Assembly: GCA_964016885.1 (NCBI GenBank)
Contig: OZ024766.1
Span: 17,484,001 to 17,548,000, forward strand
Reading direction: 5' to 3'
DNA length: 64,000 bases
Source of the DNA: Eledone cirrhosa
Taxonomy: Eukaryota
The position numbers and the translations under genes were made by a program. Of the stretch, positions 32,519-45,570 are shown in pieces. Below the pieces are notes generated by a model that saw nothing but the letters and a program-made list of their open reading frames with translations, did not search any database and had not been told where the DNA came from. Positions within the stretch are counted from its first letter, which is position 1; every line of letters begins with the position of its first letter.

Positions 32519-32793
32519 TTCTTTTCATCAAAACTACCATACAAAGAATACCAGTTATCCGTTACTTATGTAGCGAAGTCTGTCCACGCCTTGAACCTTG
32601 GGTGACACCTACAGGTCAAACTCTAGGTCACCACCCTTTTGGTGTGAACAGGTTCATGCGTGGGCTACCCCCTCGAGGTGGGAGACAGAAAGCGACAGGT
32701 ATATAAAGCCTGTATATTCCCACATTTAGATACATGAGAGATCGGAGCACCACGATTCAGACAAGCTATGTGAAAGATTCACCGCTACCTTCA

Positions 32794-35700
32794 CGCAGAA
32801 AAGCAGCCATAAAGACCCCCTATATAAACGAGACACGGTCTGACAATGTGGTTGGCGTTAGAAAGGGCATCCAGCCGCAGAAAAGCAGCCAGAAACACCC
32901 CCTATATAAACGAGACACCGTCTGACAATGTGGTTGGCGTTAGGAAGGGCATCCAGCCGCAGAAAAGCAGCCAAAAACACCCCCTATATAAACGAGACAC
33001 GGTCTGACAATGTGGTTGGCGTTAGGAAGGGCATCCAGCCGCAGAAAAGCAGCCATAAACACCCCCTATATAAACGAGACACGGTCTGACAATGTGGTTG
33101 GCGTTAGGAAGGGCACCCAGCCGCAGAAAAGCAGCCAAAAACACCCCCTATATAAACGAGACATGGTCTGACAATGTGCTTGGCGTTAGGAAGGGCACCC
33201 AGCCGCAGAAAAGCAGCCAAAAACACCCCCTATATAAACGAGACATGGTCTGACAATGTGTTTGGCGTTAGGAAGGGCATCCAGCCGCAGAAAAGCAGCC
33301 AAAAACACCCCCTATATAAACGAGACAGGGTCTGACAATGTGGTTGGCGTTAGGAAGGGCATCCAGCCGCAGAAAAGCAGCCATAAACACCCCCTATATA
33401 AACGAGACATGGTCTGACAATGTGGTTGGCGTTAGGAAGGGCACCCAGCCGCAGAAAAGCTGCCATAAACACCCCCTATATAAACGAGACAGGGTCTGAC
33501 AATGTGGTTGGCGTTAGGAAGGGTACCCAGCCGCAGAAAAGCAGCCATAAACACCCCCTATATAAACGAGACACGGTCTGACAATGTGGTTGGCGTTAGG
33601 AAGGGCACCCAGCCGCAGAAAAGCAGCCATAAATACCCCTTATATAAACGAGAGACACGGTCTGACAATGTGGTTGGCGTTAGGAAGGGCATCCAGCCGC
33701 AGAAAAGCAGCCAAAAACACCCCCTATATAAACGAGACAAGGTGTGACAATGTGGTTGGCGTTAGGAAGGGCATCCAGCCGCAGAAAAGCAGCCAAAAAC
33801 ACCCCCTATATAAACGAGACAGGGTCTGACAATGTGCTTGGCGTTAGGAAGGGCACCCAGCCGCAGAAAAGCAGCCATAAATACCCCCTATATAAACGAG
33901 ACATGGTCTGACAATGTGGTTGGCGTTAGGAAGGGCACCCAGTCGCAGAAAAGCAGCCATAAACACCCCCTATATAAACGAGAGACAGGGTCTGACAATT
34001 TGGTTGGCGTTAGGAAGGGCATCCAGCCGCAGAAAAGCAGCCATAAACACCCCCTATATAAACGAGACATGGTCTGACAATGTGGTTGGCGTTAGGAAGG
34101 GCACCCAGCAGCAGAAAAGCAGCCAAAAACACCCCCTATATAAACGAGACAAGGTCTGACAATGTGGTTGGCGTTAGGAAGGGCATCCAGCCGCAGAAAA
34201 GCAGCCATAAACACCCCCTATATAAACGAGACATGGTCTGACAATGTGGTTGGCGTTAGGAAGGGCACCCAGCCGCAGAAAAGCAGCCATAAACACCCCC
34301 TATATAAACGAGACATGGTCTGACAATGTGGTTGGCGTTAGGAAGGGCACCCAGCCGCAGAAAAGCAGCCATAAACACCCCCTATATAAACGAGACAGGG
34401 TCTGACAATGTGGTTGGCGTTAGGAAGGGCATCCAGCCGCAGAAAAGCAGCCATAAATACCCCCTATATAAACGAGAGACAGGGTCTGACAATGTGCTTG
34501 GCGTTAGGAAGGGCACCCAGCCGCAGAAAAGCAGCCATAAATACCCCCTATATAAACGAGAGCAGGGTCTGACAATGTGGTTGGCGTTAGGAAGGGCACC
34601 CAGCCGCAGAAAAGCAGCCATAAATACCCCCTATATCAACGAGAGACAGGGTCTGACAATATGGTTGGCGTTAGGAAGGGCACCCAGCCGCAGAAAAGCT
34701 GCCATAAATACCCCCTATATAAACGAGACATGGTCTGACAATGTGGTTGGCGTTAGGAAGGGCACCCAGCCGCAGAAAAGCAGCCAAAAGCACCCCCTAT
34801 ATAAACGAGACACGGTCTGACAATGTGCTTGGCGTTAGGAAGGGCACCCAGCCGCAGAAAAGCAGCCATAAACACCCCCTATATAAACGAGACATGGTCT
34901 GACAATGTGGTTGGCGTTAGGAAGGGCACCCAGCCGCAGAAAAGCAGCCAAAAGCACCCCCTATATAAACGAGAGACGGTCTGACAATGTGGTTGGCGTT
35001 AGGAAGGGCATCCAGCCGCAGAAAAGCAGCCAGAAACACCCCCTATATAAACGAGAGACACGGTCTGACAATGTGGTTGGCGTTAGGAAGGGCACCCAGC
35101 CGAAGAAAAGCAGCCAAAAACACCCCCTATATAAACGAGACACGGTCTGACAATGTGGTTGGCGTTAGGAAGGGCATCCAGCCGCAGAAAAGCAGCCATA
35201 AACACCCCCTATATAAACGAGACACGATCTGACAATGTGCTTGGCGTTAGGAAGGGCACCCAGCCGCAGAAAAGCTGCCATAAACAGCCCCTATATAAAT
35301 GAGACACGGTCTGACAATGTGGTTGGCGTTAGGAAGGGCATCCAGCTGCAGAAAAGCAGCCATAAATACCCCCTATATAAACGAGACACGGTCTGACAAT
35401 GTGGTTGGCGTTAGGAAGGGCATCCAGCTGCAGAAAAGCAGCCATAAACACCCCCTATATAAACGAGACAGGGTCTGACAATGTGGTTGGCGTTAGGAAG
35501 GGCATCCAGCCGCAGAAAAGCAGCCATAAACACCCCCTATATAAACGAGACACGATCTGACAATGTGCTTGGCGTTAGGAAGGGCATCCAGCCGCAGAAA
35601 AGCAGCCATAAATACCCCCTATATAAACGAGACAGGGTCTGACAATGTGGTTGGCGTTAGGAAGGGCATCCAGCCGCAGAAAAGCAGCCAGAAACACCCC

Positions 35701-37860
35701 CTATATAAACGAGAGACACGGTCTGACAATGTGGTTGGCGTTAGGAAGGGCATCCAGCTGCAGAAAAGCAGCCATAAACACCCCCTATATAAACGAGACA
35801 CGGTCTGACAATGTGGTTGGCGTTAGGAAGGGCATCCAGCCGCAGAAAAGCAGCCAAAAACACCCCCTATATAAACGAGACACGGTCTGACAATGTGGTT
35901 GGCGTTAGGAAGGGCATCCAGCCGCAGAAAAGCAGCCATAAACACCCCCTATATAAACGAGACATGGTCTGACAATGTGGTTGGCGTTAGGAAGGGCATC
36001 CAGCCGCAGAAAAGCAGCCAAAAACACCCCCTATATAAACGAATCACGGTCTGACAATGTGGTTGGCGTTAGGAAGGGCACCCAGCCGCAGAAAAGCAGC
36101 CATAAATACCCCCTATATAAACGAGACATGGTCTGACAATGTGGTTGGCGTTAGGAAGGGCACCCAGCCGCAGAAAAGCAGCCAAAAACACCCCCTATAT
36201 AAACGAATCACGGTCTGACAATGTGGTTGGCGTTAGGAAGGGCACCCAGCCGCAGAAAAGCAGCCATAAATACCCCCTATATAAACGAGACACGGTCTGA
36301 CAATGTGGTTGGCGTTAGGAAGGGCATCCAGCCGCAGAAAAGCAGCCAAAAACACCCCCTATATAAACGAGACACGGTCTGACAATGTGGTTGGCGTTAG
36401 GAAGGGCATCCAGCCGCAGAAAAGCAGCCAAAAACACCCCCTATATAAACGAGACACGGTCTGACAATGTGGTTGGCGTTAGGAAGGGCATCCAGCCGCA
36501 GAAAAGCAGCCAAAAACACCCCCTATATAAACGAGACATGGTCTGACAATGTGGTTGGCGTTAGGAAGGGCATCCAGCCGCAGAAAAGCAGCCAGAAACA
36601 CCCCCTATATAAACGAGACACGGTCTGACAATGTGGTTGGCGTTAGGAAGGGCACCCAGCCGCAGAAAAGCAGCCATAAACAGCCCCTATATAAACGAGA
36701 CAAGGTCTGACAATGTGGTTGGCGTTAGGAAGGGCATCCAGCCGCAGAAAAGCAGCCATAAACACCCCCTATATAAACGAGACACGGTCTGACAATGTGG
36801 TTGGCGTTAGGAAGGGCATCCAGCTGCAGAAAAGCAGCCATAAACAGCCCCTATATAAACGAGACAGGGTCTGACAATGTGGTTGGCGTTAGGAAGGGCA
36901 TCCAGCCGCAGAAAAGCAGCCATAAACAGCCCCTATATAAACGAGAGACGGTCTGACAATGTGGTTGGCGTTAGGAAGGGCATCCAGTCGCAGAAAAGCA
37001 GCCAAAAACACCCCCTATATAAACGAGACACCGTCTGACAATGTGGTTGGCGTTAGGAAGGGCATCCAGCCGCAGAAAAGCAGCCATAAACACCCCCTAT
37101 ATAAACGAGAGACAGTGTCTGACAATGTGGTTGGCGTTAGGAAGGGCATCCAGCCGCAGAAAAGCAGCCCAAAACACCCCCTATATAAACGAGACACGGT
37201 CTGACAATGTGGTTGGCGTTAGGAAGGGCATCCAGCCGCAGAAAAGCAGCCAAAAACACCCCCTATATAAACGAGACATGGTCTGACAATGTGGTTGGCG
37301 TTAGGAAGGGCACCCAGCCGCAGAAAAGCAGCCAAAAGCACCCCCTATATAAACGAGACACGGTCTGACAATGTGGTTGGCGTTAGGAAGGGCATCCAGC
37401 CGCAGAAAAGCAGCCAAAAACACCCCCTATATAAACGAGACATGGTCTGACAATGTGGTTGGCGTTAGGAAGGGCACCCAGCCGCAGAAAAGCAGACAGA
37501 AACACCCCCTATATCAACGAGAGACAGGGTCTGACAATGTGGTTGGCGTTAGGAAGGGCACCCAGCCGCAGAAAAGCAGACAGAAACACCCCCTATATCA
37601 ACGAGACACGATCTGACAATGTGCTTGGCGTTAGGAAGGGCACCCAGCCGCAGAAAAGCAGTCAGAAACACCTCTATATAAACGAGAGACAAGGTCTAAC
37701 AATGTGGTTGGCGTTAGGAAGGGCACCCAGCCGCAGAAAAGCAGACAGAAACACCCCCTATATAAACGAGACACGGCCACCCGACCTAACTTGCCACTAA
37801 TTGGGACAAACCCGTCTAACCCATGCTAGCGTGGAAGATAGACGTTAAACGACAATGGTG
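32794..37860 (+). repeat. 82/84-bp satellite (~60 units) derived from an RTE LINE/SINE 3' region
   Basis: Unit 'tgtggttggcgttaggaagggcatccagccgcagaaaagcagccataaacaccccctatataaacgagacacggtctgacaa'; the array ends in a LINE-type tail 'cccatgctagcgtggaagatagacgttaaacgac'. Confidence 0.92.
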
Positions 37861-37869
37861 GTGAAGGTG

Positions 37870-38750
37870 ACTCTGGAAGCTGTTTGGAGAGGACCTCTAA
37901 AGATTGGATAGAAATGAAGCTTGTATACGCCGATGGATGTGTAATAGAAATATACATGAAGGGCAAAGTGTAAATAAACTGAGAGAGAAGCTGGGCATAA
38001 GGGATTATTTACAGTGTTGGATTGGCAGTATTGGGATAGGGTCGGACGCCATGCTTTCCAGCATAGTTACGTCCCTTTACGATCTGAGTTCAAATCCCGT
38101 CGAGGTTGACTTAGCCTTTCATCCTTACGGGGTCGATAAAATAAAGTACCAGTAATACACTGGCTAATTGCTGACCTTGTGCCTAACGTAGAAATAATTA
38201 TTTACAGTGTTGTATTGGGAGAGGGTCGGACGCCATGCTTTGACGTAAAGAGTTACGGCCCTTGCCATTCTGAGTTCAAATCCCGTCGAGGTTGACTTAG
38301 CCTTTCATCCTTACGGGGTCGATAAAATAAAGTACCAGTAATACACTGACTAATTGCTGACCTTGTGCCTAACGTAGAAATAATTATTTACAGTGTTGGA
38401 TTGGCAGTATTGGGAGAGGGTCGGACGCCATGCTTTGACGTAAAGAGTTACGGCCCTTGCCATTCTGAGTTCAAATCCCGCCGAGGTTGACTTTGCCTTT
38501 CATCCTTACGGGGTCGATAAAATAAAGAATAAAGTACCAGTAATGCACTGGGTTATTGCTGGCCTTGTGCCTAACGTAGAAACAATTATTTACAGTGTGT
38601 AGGAGAGGTGATTGTGTTGGTATGGACATGTGATGTGTATGAAGGATGACAGCTGTATAAAGAGGCAGGCTGCTCAAAGTTGATGGAAGTTATGGAAGGG
38701 GGAGGACTTAGGAGAGCTTGAGATAAGGTGATAAAAATTGATCTGACACC
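37870..38750 (+). mobile_element. RTE-type LINE fragment interrupted by a tandem trimer of SINE B (38016-38585)
   Basis: 'LDRNEACIRRWMCNRN...LREKLGIR' resumes as 'WYGHVMCMKDDSC' after three SINE B copies separated by 'attatttacagtgt'. Confidence 0.8.
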
Positions 38751-38759
38751 ATCGTACTT

Positions 38760-39195
38760 CTACACCCCACCACACCACACTACTCCACACTACACCACAC
38801 TACACTACACTACACTACACTACACTACACCACACTACACTACTCCACACCACACTACACTACACTACACTACACTACACTACACTACACCACATTAGAC
38901 TACACTACACTACACCACACCACATTATACTACACTACACTACACTACACTACACTACACCACACATTAGACTACACCCCACCACACTACACTACTCCAC
39001 ACCACACTACACTACACCCCACCACACTACACTACACTACTCCACACCACACCACACTACACTACACTACACTACACTACACTACACTACACTACACTAC
39101 ACTACACTACACTACACTACACTACACTACACTACACTACACTACACTACACTACACTACACCCCACCCCATCACACCACACCACACTACACTAC
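38760..39195. repeat. (CACTA)n pentanucleotide microsatellite
   Basis: Directly visible. Confidence 0.95.
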
Positions 39196-40974
39196 AATTT
39201 GCTGAAATTTTGTGAAAAGGCATCATATCTTGTCATTTACCTATGGTTAAAATTTCATATAAATCGAAGGGAAAAAATTTTCACCGGGGGTTTGTGCCCC
39301 CGAGTAACCCTTTGATTAAACCCCATTACGGTGTTTTAAAATTATTGAAATTTTGTGAATAGGCATCATGTCTTGTCATTTACTTATATATATATATATA
39401 TATTCTCTCTCTCGTCTACGATTTCACAGAACTTATGTTCAACGAATTCACAGACTAGACCCCTTCTTCCTCCCGTTAGACCTGTACGGAATTCCTTCCT
39501 TGCTCACATTCCAACCAGGTTTGATGGTCTTTATTCTCTCTCGTTCACGATTTCACCGAACTTATATTCATGGAAATTTGGGACTTGACTCCTTCTTCCT
39601 CATTTTTCGTTGCTTCACCATCTTTGTTTGTTTACACTCCCGTGTCCTCTTTATTTGCGTGTCCCAGCGACTTTTTTTAGCCGTTGCTCGCACCAACCGG
39701 AGGTATATGGTCTTTAAAGCGATGAAATACCAATGAAGGTTGGAAGATCACTGATGAAGGACCACTTTATTCATATATATATATATAAATGTGTGTGTGT
39801 ATATATATATATATATACACACACACACAGAAGAGGGAGAATTATATTCTGACGGTCTTCGAATTCATTCTGAAGTCAGTACAAAAGACTTTCTGTTGTT
39901 GATTGTATAACCAAACTTTAAAGAGTTTCAACAAAAAACGAAGCTGGAGTGGATAATTTAACTGCTATTTCTCGAGGGTGAGAGACTACGCAGAGGTTTT
40001 CTTACTTTCTGATTTACCATCAATTAAATACGATTGGAACTGTCTGAATGTATTAAATTATATCAGTGACTTTTTGCCTCTGACACCGGAACGAGAGTTG
40101 AATAATTCCCGAAGACTACGGGCACCTGCTGTCTTCCTGTATTATAATTATATATATATTTATACATATACACACAGATATATATATATATATATAACAA
40201 TTATATGTATATATAATTTTATATATATACATAATTTTAATTCCCCGACATCAGTCTTACACTGTCATATCTATTCTTACTTTACAATTGTGTCTACTAA
40301 GAGTTCCATTACAATCTGTAGTAGTAAAACTACTATTTCACCAGAACATCTGCTATCAGTCATTTATAGACAATATATATATTTTAGACCACATATCAAC
40401 CTAATATATATATATTTCCTATCAAATCTGTAGCTAAAGACATAAAGTCAGCCTCACTACTTCATTCTGACAAGATATCAATTTATGACTAAAGATGAAG
40501 AAGATACACCAACGTTAATGTCGTGAAATAAAGCTGATAACATTGAAACTTCTAATTTGATAACAAAGAGATTATTTCTTTGGTTGTTTATACCTGAAGA
40601 TTATGTACTTGAAATATTTTCAAGGTAATTCAACAATTTTTATCATTATTACGTTTTATTCACTAATGTATTATGTTTAATTTTTAAAATATTTCTGACT
40701 AACTTTTCTATAATTTGTGTGATAAACCGTCTATAAATTGTTATTCATACGAGGCCAGGAAATATAAATTAAATATACAAAAAATGTCAAAAATATATTT
40801 AAATACATTACAAAAACAAGATTATATATACTATATATCTAATATACACAGCCGTAATATATATATGCAAAAGTTTTATATAAAATTGTTGGGTTACAAC
40901 AAGTAAATATTTTATAACTGATATAAAGCACTCGACAAGTTATATATAATATAGTTTCCATTTGTTTAATATCG

Positions 40975-41005
<31 letters not shown>

Positions 41006-41137
41006 ATATTTGGGGAGGGTCATATTGTTATGATACTGCCAGCAACAAAAATAATTAAGGTTTCTTGTATAGGCAGAAGGCCAGCAGTTTTGGGAGAGGG
41101 GAAAGTTGATTAAATACATCCCAGTGCGTGACTGGTA

Positions 41138-41193
<56 letters not shown>

Positions 41194-41242
41194 TATATAT
41201 AATCAAGTAAGTATGTTTTGAAACAGTGAGCAGGGGTTTGAA

Positions 41243-41458
41243 ATTAGAAAATAGAATAGCTTTCACCGTACTTTTGACTAAAGGAATTTTAGCCTAATAA
41301 TGGGGTTTAGAACCCTCAGATAAATGGAAAAAGATGAGTATTGACGTACATGGGAGTCAATACTCATCTTTTTCCATTTATCTGAGGGTTCTAAACCCCA
41401 TTATTAGCCTAAAATTCCTTTAGTCAAAAGTATGGTGAAAGCTATTCTATTTTCTAAT
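41243..41458. repeat. Foldback palindrome (103-bp arms, 10-bp loop), no HHR recognised
   Basis: Arms 41243-41345 and 41356-41458; loop gtacatggga. Confidence 0.9.
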
Positions 41459-41536
41459 ATATATATATATATAATATGTTGATTTAAAACTGCACTATCC
41501 ACAAGTGTTTTTTAGCCTTCATATCATGTTCTCCTG

Positions 41537-41603
41537 TTTTATCTGATGAAAACACAAATATTATTGCATGATGATGTTTGTTTTTGAAATGCGCATAATA
41601 AAA
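41537..41603 (+). ncRNA. Type-I hammerhead ribozyme motif
   Basis: ttttat-CTGATGA-long imperfect helix II-GAAA-T-gcgc-ATA-ataaaa; helix III is the palindrome ATGCGCAT. Confidence 0.75.
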
Positions 41604-41635
41604 TACATGGAACTCCTTTAACCATCTTTTGATCT

Positions 41636-41687
<52 letters not shown>

Positions 41688-41688
<1 letters not shown>

Positions 41689-41744
41689 TGAGATTCTACA
41701 GGACTAGAACTGTTTCATTCATTAGAAATCATCAGGAATCTCAT
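41688..41744 (-). ncRNA. Solo type-I hammerhead ribozyme between (TA)n tracts
   Basis: rc: atgagattc-CTGATGA-tTTCtaatGAAt-GAAA-CAG-ttctagtc-CTG-TA-gaatctcat; 9-bp helix I. Confidence 0.82.
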
Positions 41745-41829
41745 ATATATATATATATAGTAATAATAATAAATTTGAAGACTAAAATCCAGAGCGATTC
41801 TTTGCTTAAAGTTTAATCTGTTATTTTAA

Positions 41830-41891
<62 letters not shown>

Positions 41892-42024
41892 TAAGACGAA
41901 TTCCAACTGTGTCTGATTTACTCGTTTTATTTACAATCGTTTAAAATTTATAATTATATTATAATGAAATAGTATGGTAGAATGTTAAGTGTTAATTGAA
42001 CTATATATATATATATGTTAATTG

Positions 42025-42060
<36 letters not shown>

Positions 42061-42240
42061 TTTCTGAATTTGTTTAGCAAGATTCTTTATCTGAAATCGT
42101 GTGTTGAAACCGATATTGTTATACTTTGGGAGGGTCATGTTGCCAATAAGAAACACACGCACCAGTTGCTTTCACTTCAATTTATTATATATATAGTGAC
42201 GAAACATAAGTCAATTGCATGAACTCATAATCCTTTATTT

Positions 42241-42296
42241 ACTGCTATATATATTTCGATGGACGCCATTGAATGGCTATGACCTCATCAGGCAGT
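42241..42296 (-). ncRNA. Type-I hammerhead ribozyme motif
   Basis: rc: actgc-CTGATGA-ggtcata-GCCAT-tca-ATGGC-gtccatc-GAAA-T-atat-ATA-gcagt; helix I actgc/gcagt. Confidence 0.75.
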
Positions 42297-42452
42297 TAGT
42301 CAGTTCTTAGATATGCCAGCTCTGTGTTTATAGTGTTGATGGTATCAGAGCCTTGGGACATATATATATATATGCATGTGTATATATATATATATTTCGT
42401 TTCTGAATTTGTTTAGCAAGATTTTTTATCTGAAATCGTGTGTTGAAACCGA

Positions 42453-42952
42453 TATTGTTATACTTTGGGAGGGTCATGTTGCCAATAAGAAACACACGCA
42501 CCAGTTGCTTTCACTTCAATTTATTATATATTTATAAATTTATAAATCTACAAATTTACAAACTTGTAAATTTCTGGTTGGTTGGTTGGTTCCACAACCA
42601 GATAGTTGTTTATATATATAGTCATAGTCCTTTCGTCACACACTCTGTGACCTCTTCAGTGACTGGGGATTCCTTTCTTTGTTTCAAAATGGCGTAGGAT
42701 AGAAGAAAGGAAAGGCACAGAAACAAAGAAAGGAATCCCCAGTCACTGAAGAGGTCACAGAGTGTGTGACGAAAGGACTATGACTATATATATAAACAAC
42801 TATCTGGTTGTGGAACCAACCAACCAACCAGAAATTTACAAGTTTGTAAATTTGTAGATTTATAAATTTATAAATATATAATAAATTGAAGTGAAAGCAA
42901 CTGGTGCGTGTGTTTCTTATTGGCAACATGACCCTCCCAAAGTATAACAATA
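42453..42952. mobile_element. Foldback element (233-bp arms, 34-bp loop) with a minimal HHR on each strand
   Basis: Arms 42453-42685 and 42720-42952. Plus-strand HHR 42741-42785: agtca-CTGAAGA-g-GTCAC-agagtgt-GTGAC-GAAA-G-ga-CTA-tgact; mirror copy at 42620-42664. Confidence 0.78.
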
Positions 42953-43269
42953 CATATATATATATATATATAATTTATAATAAATTGAAGTGAAAGCAAC
43001 TGGTGCGTGTGTTTCTTATTGGCAACATGACCCTCCCAAAGTATAACAATATATATATATATATTTTTATATATTTTTATATTTGCTTGACCCGAATTAC
43101 TTGATCGTTTTTTCGCTGTGCGGATGATTAGTTTAACCACCATCTCAGTGTGTTTGGCCTTTAACGTATGTTGTAGCTCTAATTCATATGAATCATCGAG
43201 CGCTTGCCACGCATATCGGAAGTGTTTTTCGTTAATTCCTTGCTGAAATTCGATTCTCGCTAATTTATA

Positions 43270-43331
<62 letters not shown>

Positions 43332-43703
43332 GGAAAAATTTGAACAGGGACAAAACAGAGAGGCAGTACAATAAATGTTTATTAATTTCACGCTCAGGAG
43401 AGTGGGGGGTAAGTGGGGGACGACGTTTCGGGCATAAGCCCTTCCTCAGGTGAGAAGTGTGTGGGAACAGAGTTCAAAAGGTGTGTAGGGGAGTGGTGGA
43501 GAGACATATAGCGAGAGGAAACGGTGCGAATGAAAAAAAACAAATAAAGATAAAAAATAAAAATAAAGCATGATCAAAATACAGGAGCTGACGATGGAAA
43601 CTCCTTTCTTCGATTTTACCCCCATTCCGTCCTAACCACCACCCTAAACCTTGTTTTTAGTAAACACACGGCTCCTTTCGTTTCATAACTTTTTGTATAT
43701 ATA

Positions 43704-44294
43704 TATTGTTATATTTGGGGAGGGTCATATTTGCGTAATATTGCCAGAATTAATAACAGAACACACTCACTGTTTGGTTGGTTTTCGCTTCTCGCTGTCT
43801 TTTATATATATATATCTGCGATCTAACTTACTCGGTCCTCAATGTTGCCATTGACTGACCGGCGGTCAAAAATAATACAGATACAATATAGACAAACATA
43901 TATATATATAGTTTACATAATTTACATAAATCTTTCGTTGCACATCTGCAACATCGTCAGTGGTGTTATATTCATTCAGACAGACTGAACCAAAAAAATG
44001 GCGTAGACATACAACACAACAGGAGGAACAATGAATATAACACCACTGACGATGTTGCAGATGTGCAACGAAAGATTTATGTAAACTATATATATATGTG
44101 TTTGTCTATATTGTATCTGTATTATTTTTGACCGCCGGTCAGTCAATGGCAACATTGAGGACCGAGTAAGTTAGATCGCAGATATATATATATAAAAGAC
44201 AGCGAGAAGCGAAAACCAACCAAACAGTGAGTGTGTTCTGTTATTAATTCTGGCAATATTACGCAAATATGACCCTCCCCAAATATAACAATAT
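43704..44294. mobile_element. Foldback element (~270-bp arms, 53-bp loop) with an HHR core on each strand
   Basis: Arms 43704-43976 and 44030-44294; CTGACGA-t-GTTGCA-gatg-TGCAAC-GAAA-gattta at 44046-44079; helix I weak. Confidence 0.7.
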
Positions 44295-44371
44295 CTGTTT
44301 CGACACACGATTTCATATAAAAAACCTCGCAAAACTAATTCATCGCCGCTATGTATATATATATATATATG

Positions 44372-44766
44372 TAAAAGTTCTATTTAAATTGTTGGGATAC
44401 AACAAGCAAATATTTTTATAACTGATATAAAGCACTCAACAAATACTTGGAGTAAAAATACCATATTAACAAATGGAAACTATATTTATAAAACCATATT
44501 TATTTTATTATACATATTTCAAGGACACCAAGTTAAATTATGGTGCGCTTTCATCAGATAAAATATAATATAGATCAGTTTTATAAATAAATATTGAAAT
44601 ACCCTTAAAAAATGCAACCATTACTGTTGGAAGCTCCCGGGTAGTTATATATTATAACAGTAATGGTTGCATTTATCTGATGAAAGCACACCATAATTTA
44701 ACTTGTCCTTGAAATATGTATAAGGAAATAAATATGGTTTTATAAATATAGTTTCCATTTGTTAAT

Positions 44767-44770
<4 letters not shown>
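44372..44770. mobile_element. HHR-bearing element with a partly deleted inverted arm
   Basis: Minus-strand HHR 44503-44563 (ttttat-CTGATGA...GAAA-T-atgt-ATA-ataaaa); 44656-44770 is a deleted rc copy; same family as 21285-21755. Confidence 0.7.
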
Positions 44771-44818
<48 letters not shown>

Positions 44819-44915
44819 ATAATTATTTGTGTGTGTGTGTATGTAGGTGTGTGTACATATATCTATATTTATGCTTACGTATGTATGCGTGTATATATAT
44901 GTATGTGTGTATGTA

Positions 44916-44955
<40 letters not shown>

Positions 44956-45570
44956 CGTATTTGTGTGTATATGTATGTGTGTGTATATATATATATATGC
45001 GTGTTTGTGTATTTGTGTGTATGTATGGATATGTTGATATATATGTGTATGTATGTATGTATGTGTATATGTATGTATATATATATATACATATGTGTGT
45101 GTGTATATATGTGTATGTATATATGTGTGTGTGTGTTTATTTTTCCTTTCCTTCTTTCTTTTCCAGCCTCACTTCATATATAGATTATATTTTTGTTTTT
45201 AAAATCCAATGCCAATAAATACACCAGGATTTTTTTCATTCTGATGACTGAAAGCAAAATTTGTTTGCTTTTAAGAAACCACTGGTAAATGGAATAGTTG
45301 CCTTATGTTGTTTATTACATAACTATTAAGCTCTGTAACCTACATAGAGCACTCTTTTTTCCTGGACCTTTCCGACGGAATTACTTCATTTATGAAATAT
45401 ATATACATATATATATATACATATATATATGAAATACTGTTGGCTTCTTGCTCACAATAATTTCTATATTTTCATTTATATATATATGCACTTGCCAACA
45501 GAAATCGGAAGTTACGTTTCGCTAATTTCTACTCGCCGAAATGCGATTCTCGCTAAATATATATATATAT

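Noticed and set aside
32794-37775. CRISPR-like appearance of the 82-bp array, and a TATA-like 'ctatataaa' in every unit
   Set aside because: Units are whole-length repeats with no unique spacers or cas genes; the TATA match alone is not evidence of a promoter.
38760-39195. CACTA (En/Spm) transposon terminus or telomeric repeat
   Set aside because: Simple pentamer microsatellite with no TIR structure; not TTAGGG.
39745-39775. CTGATGA motif (also ~48225, 45241 and 40594)
   Set aside because: No convincing helix II/GAAA/helix I arrangement.
43386-43456. HHR on the minus strand (CTGAGGA-a-GGGC-ttat-GCCC-GAAAC)
   Set aside because: Core and helix II are good, but no NUH triplet adjoins a pairing helix I; counted only as partial.
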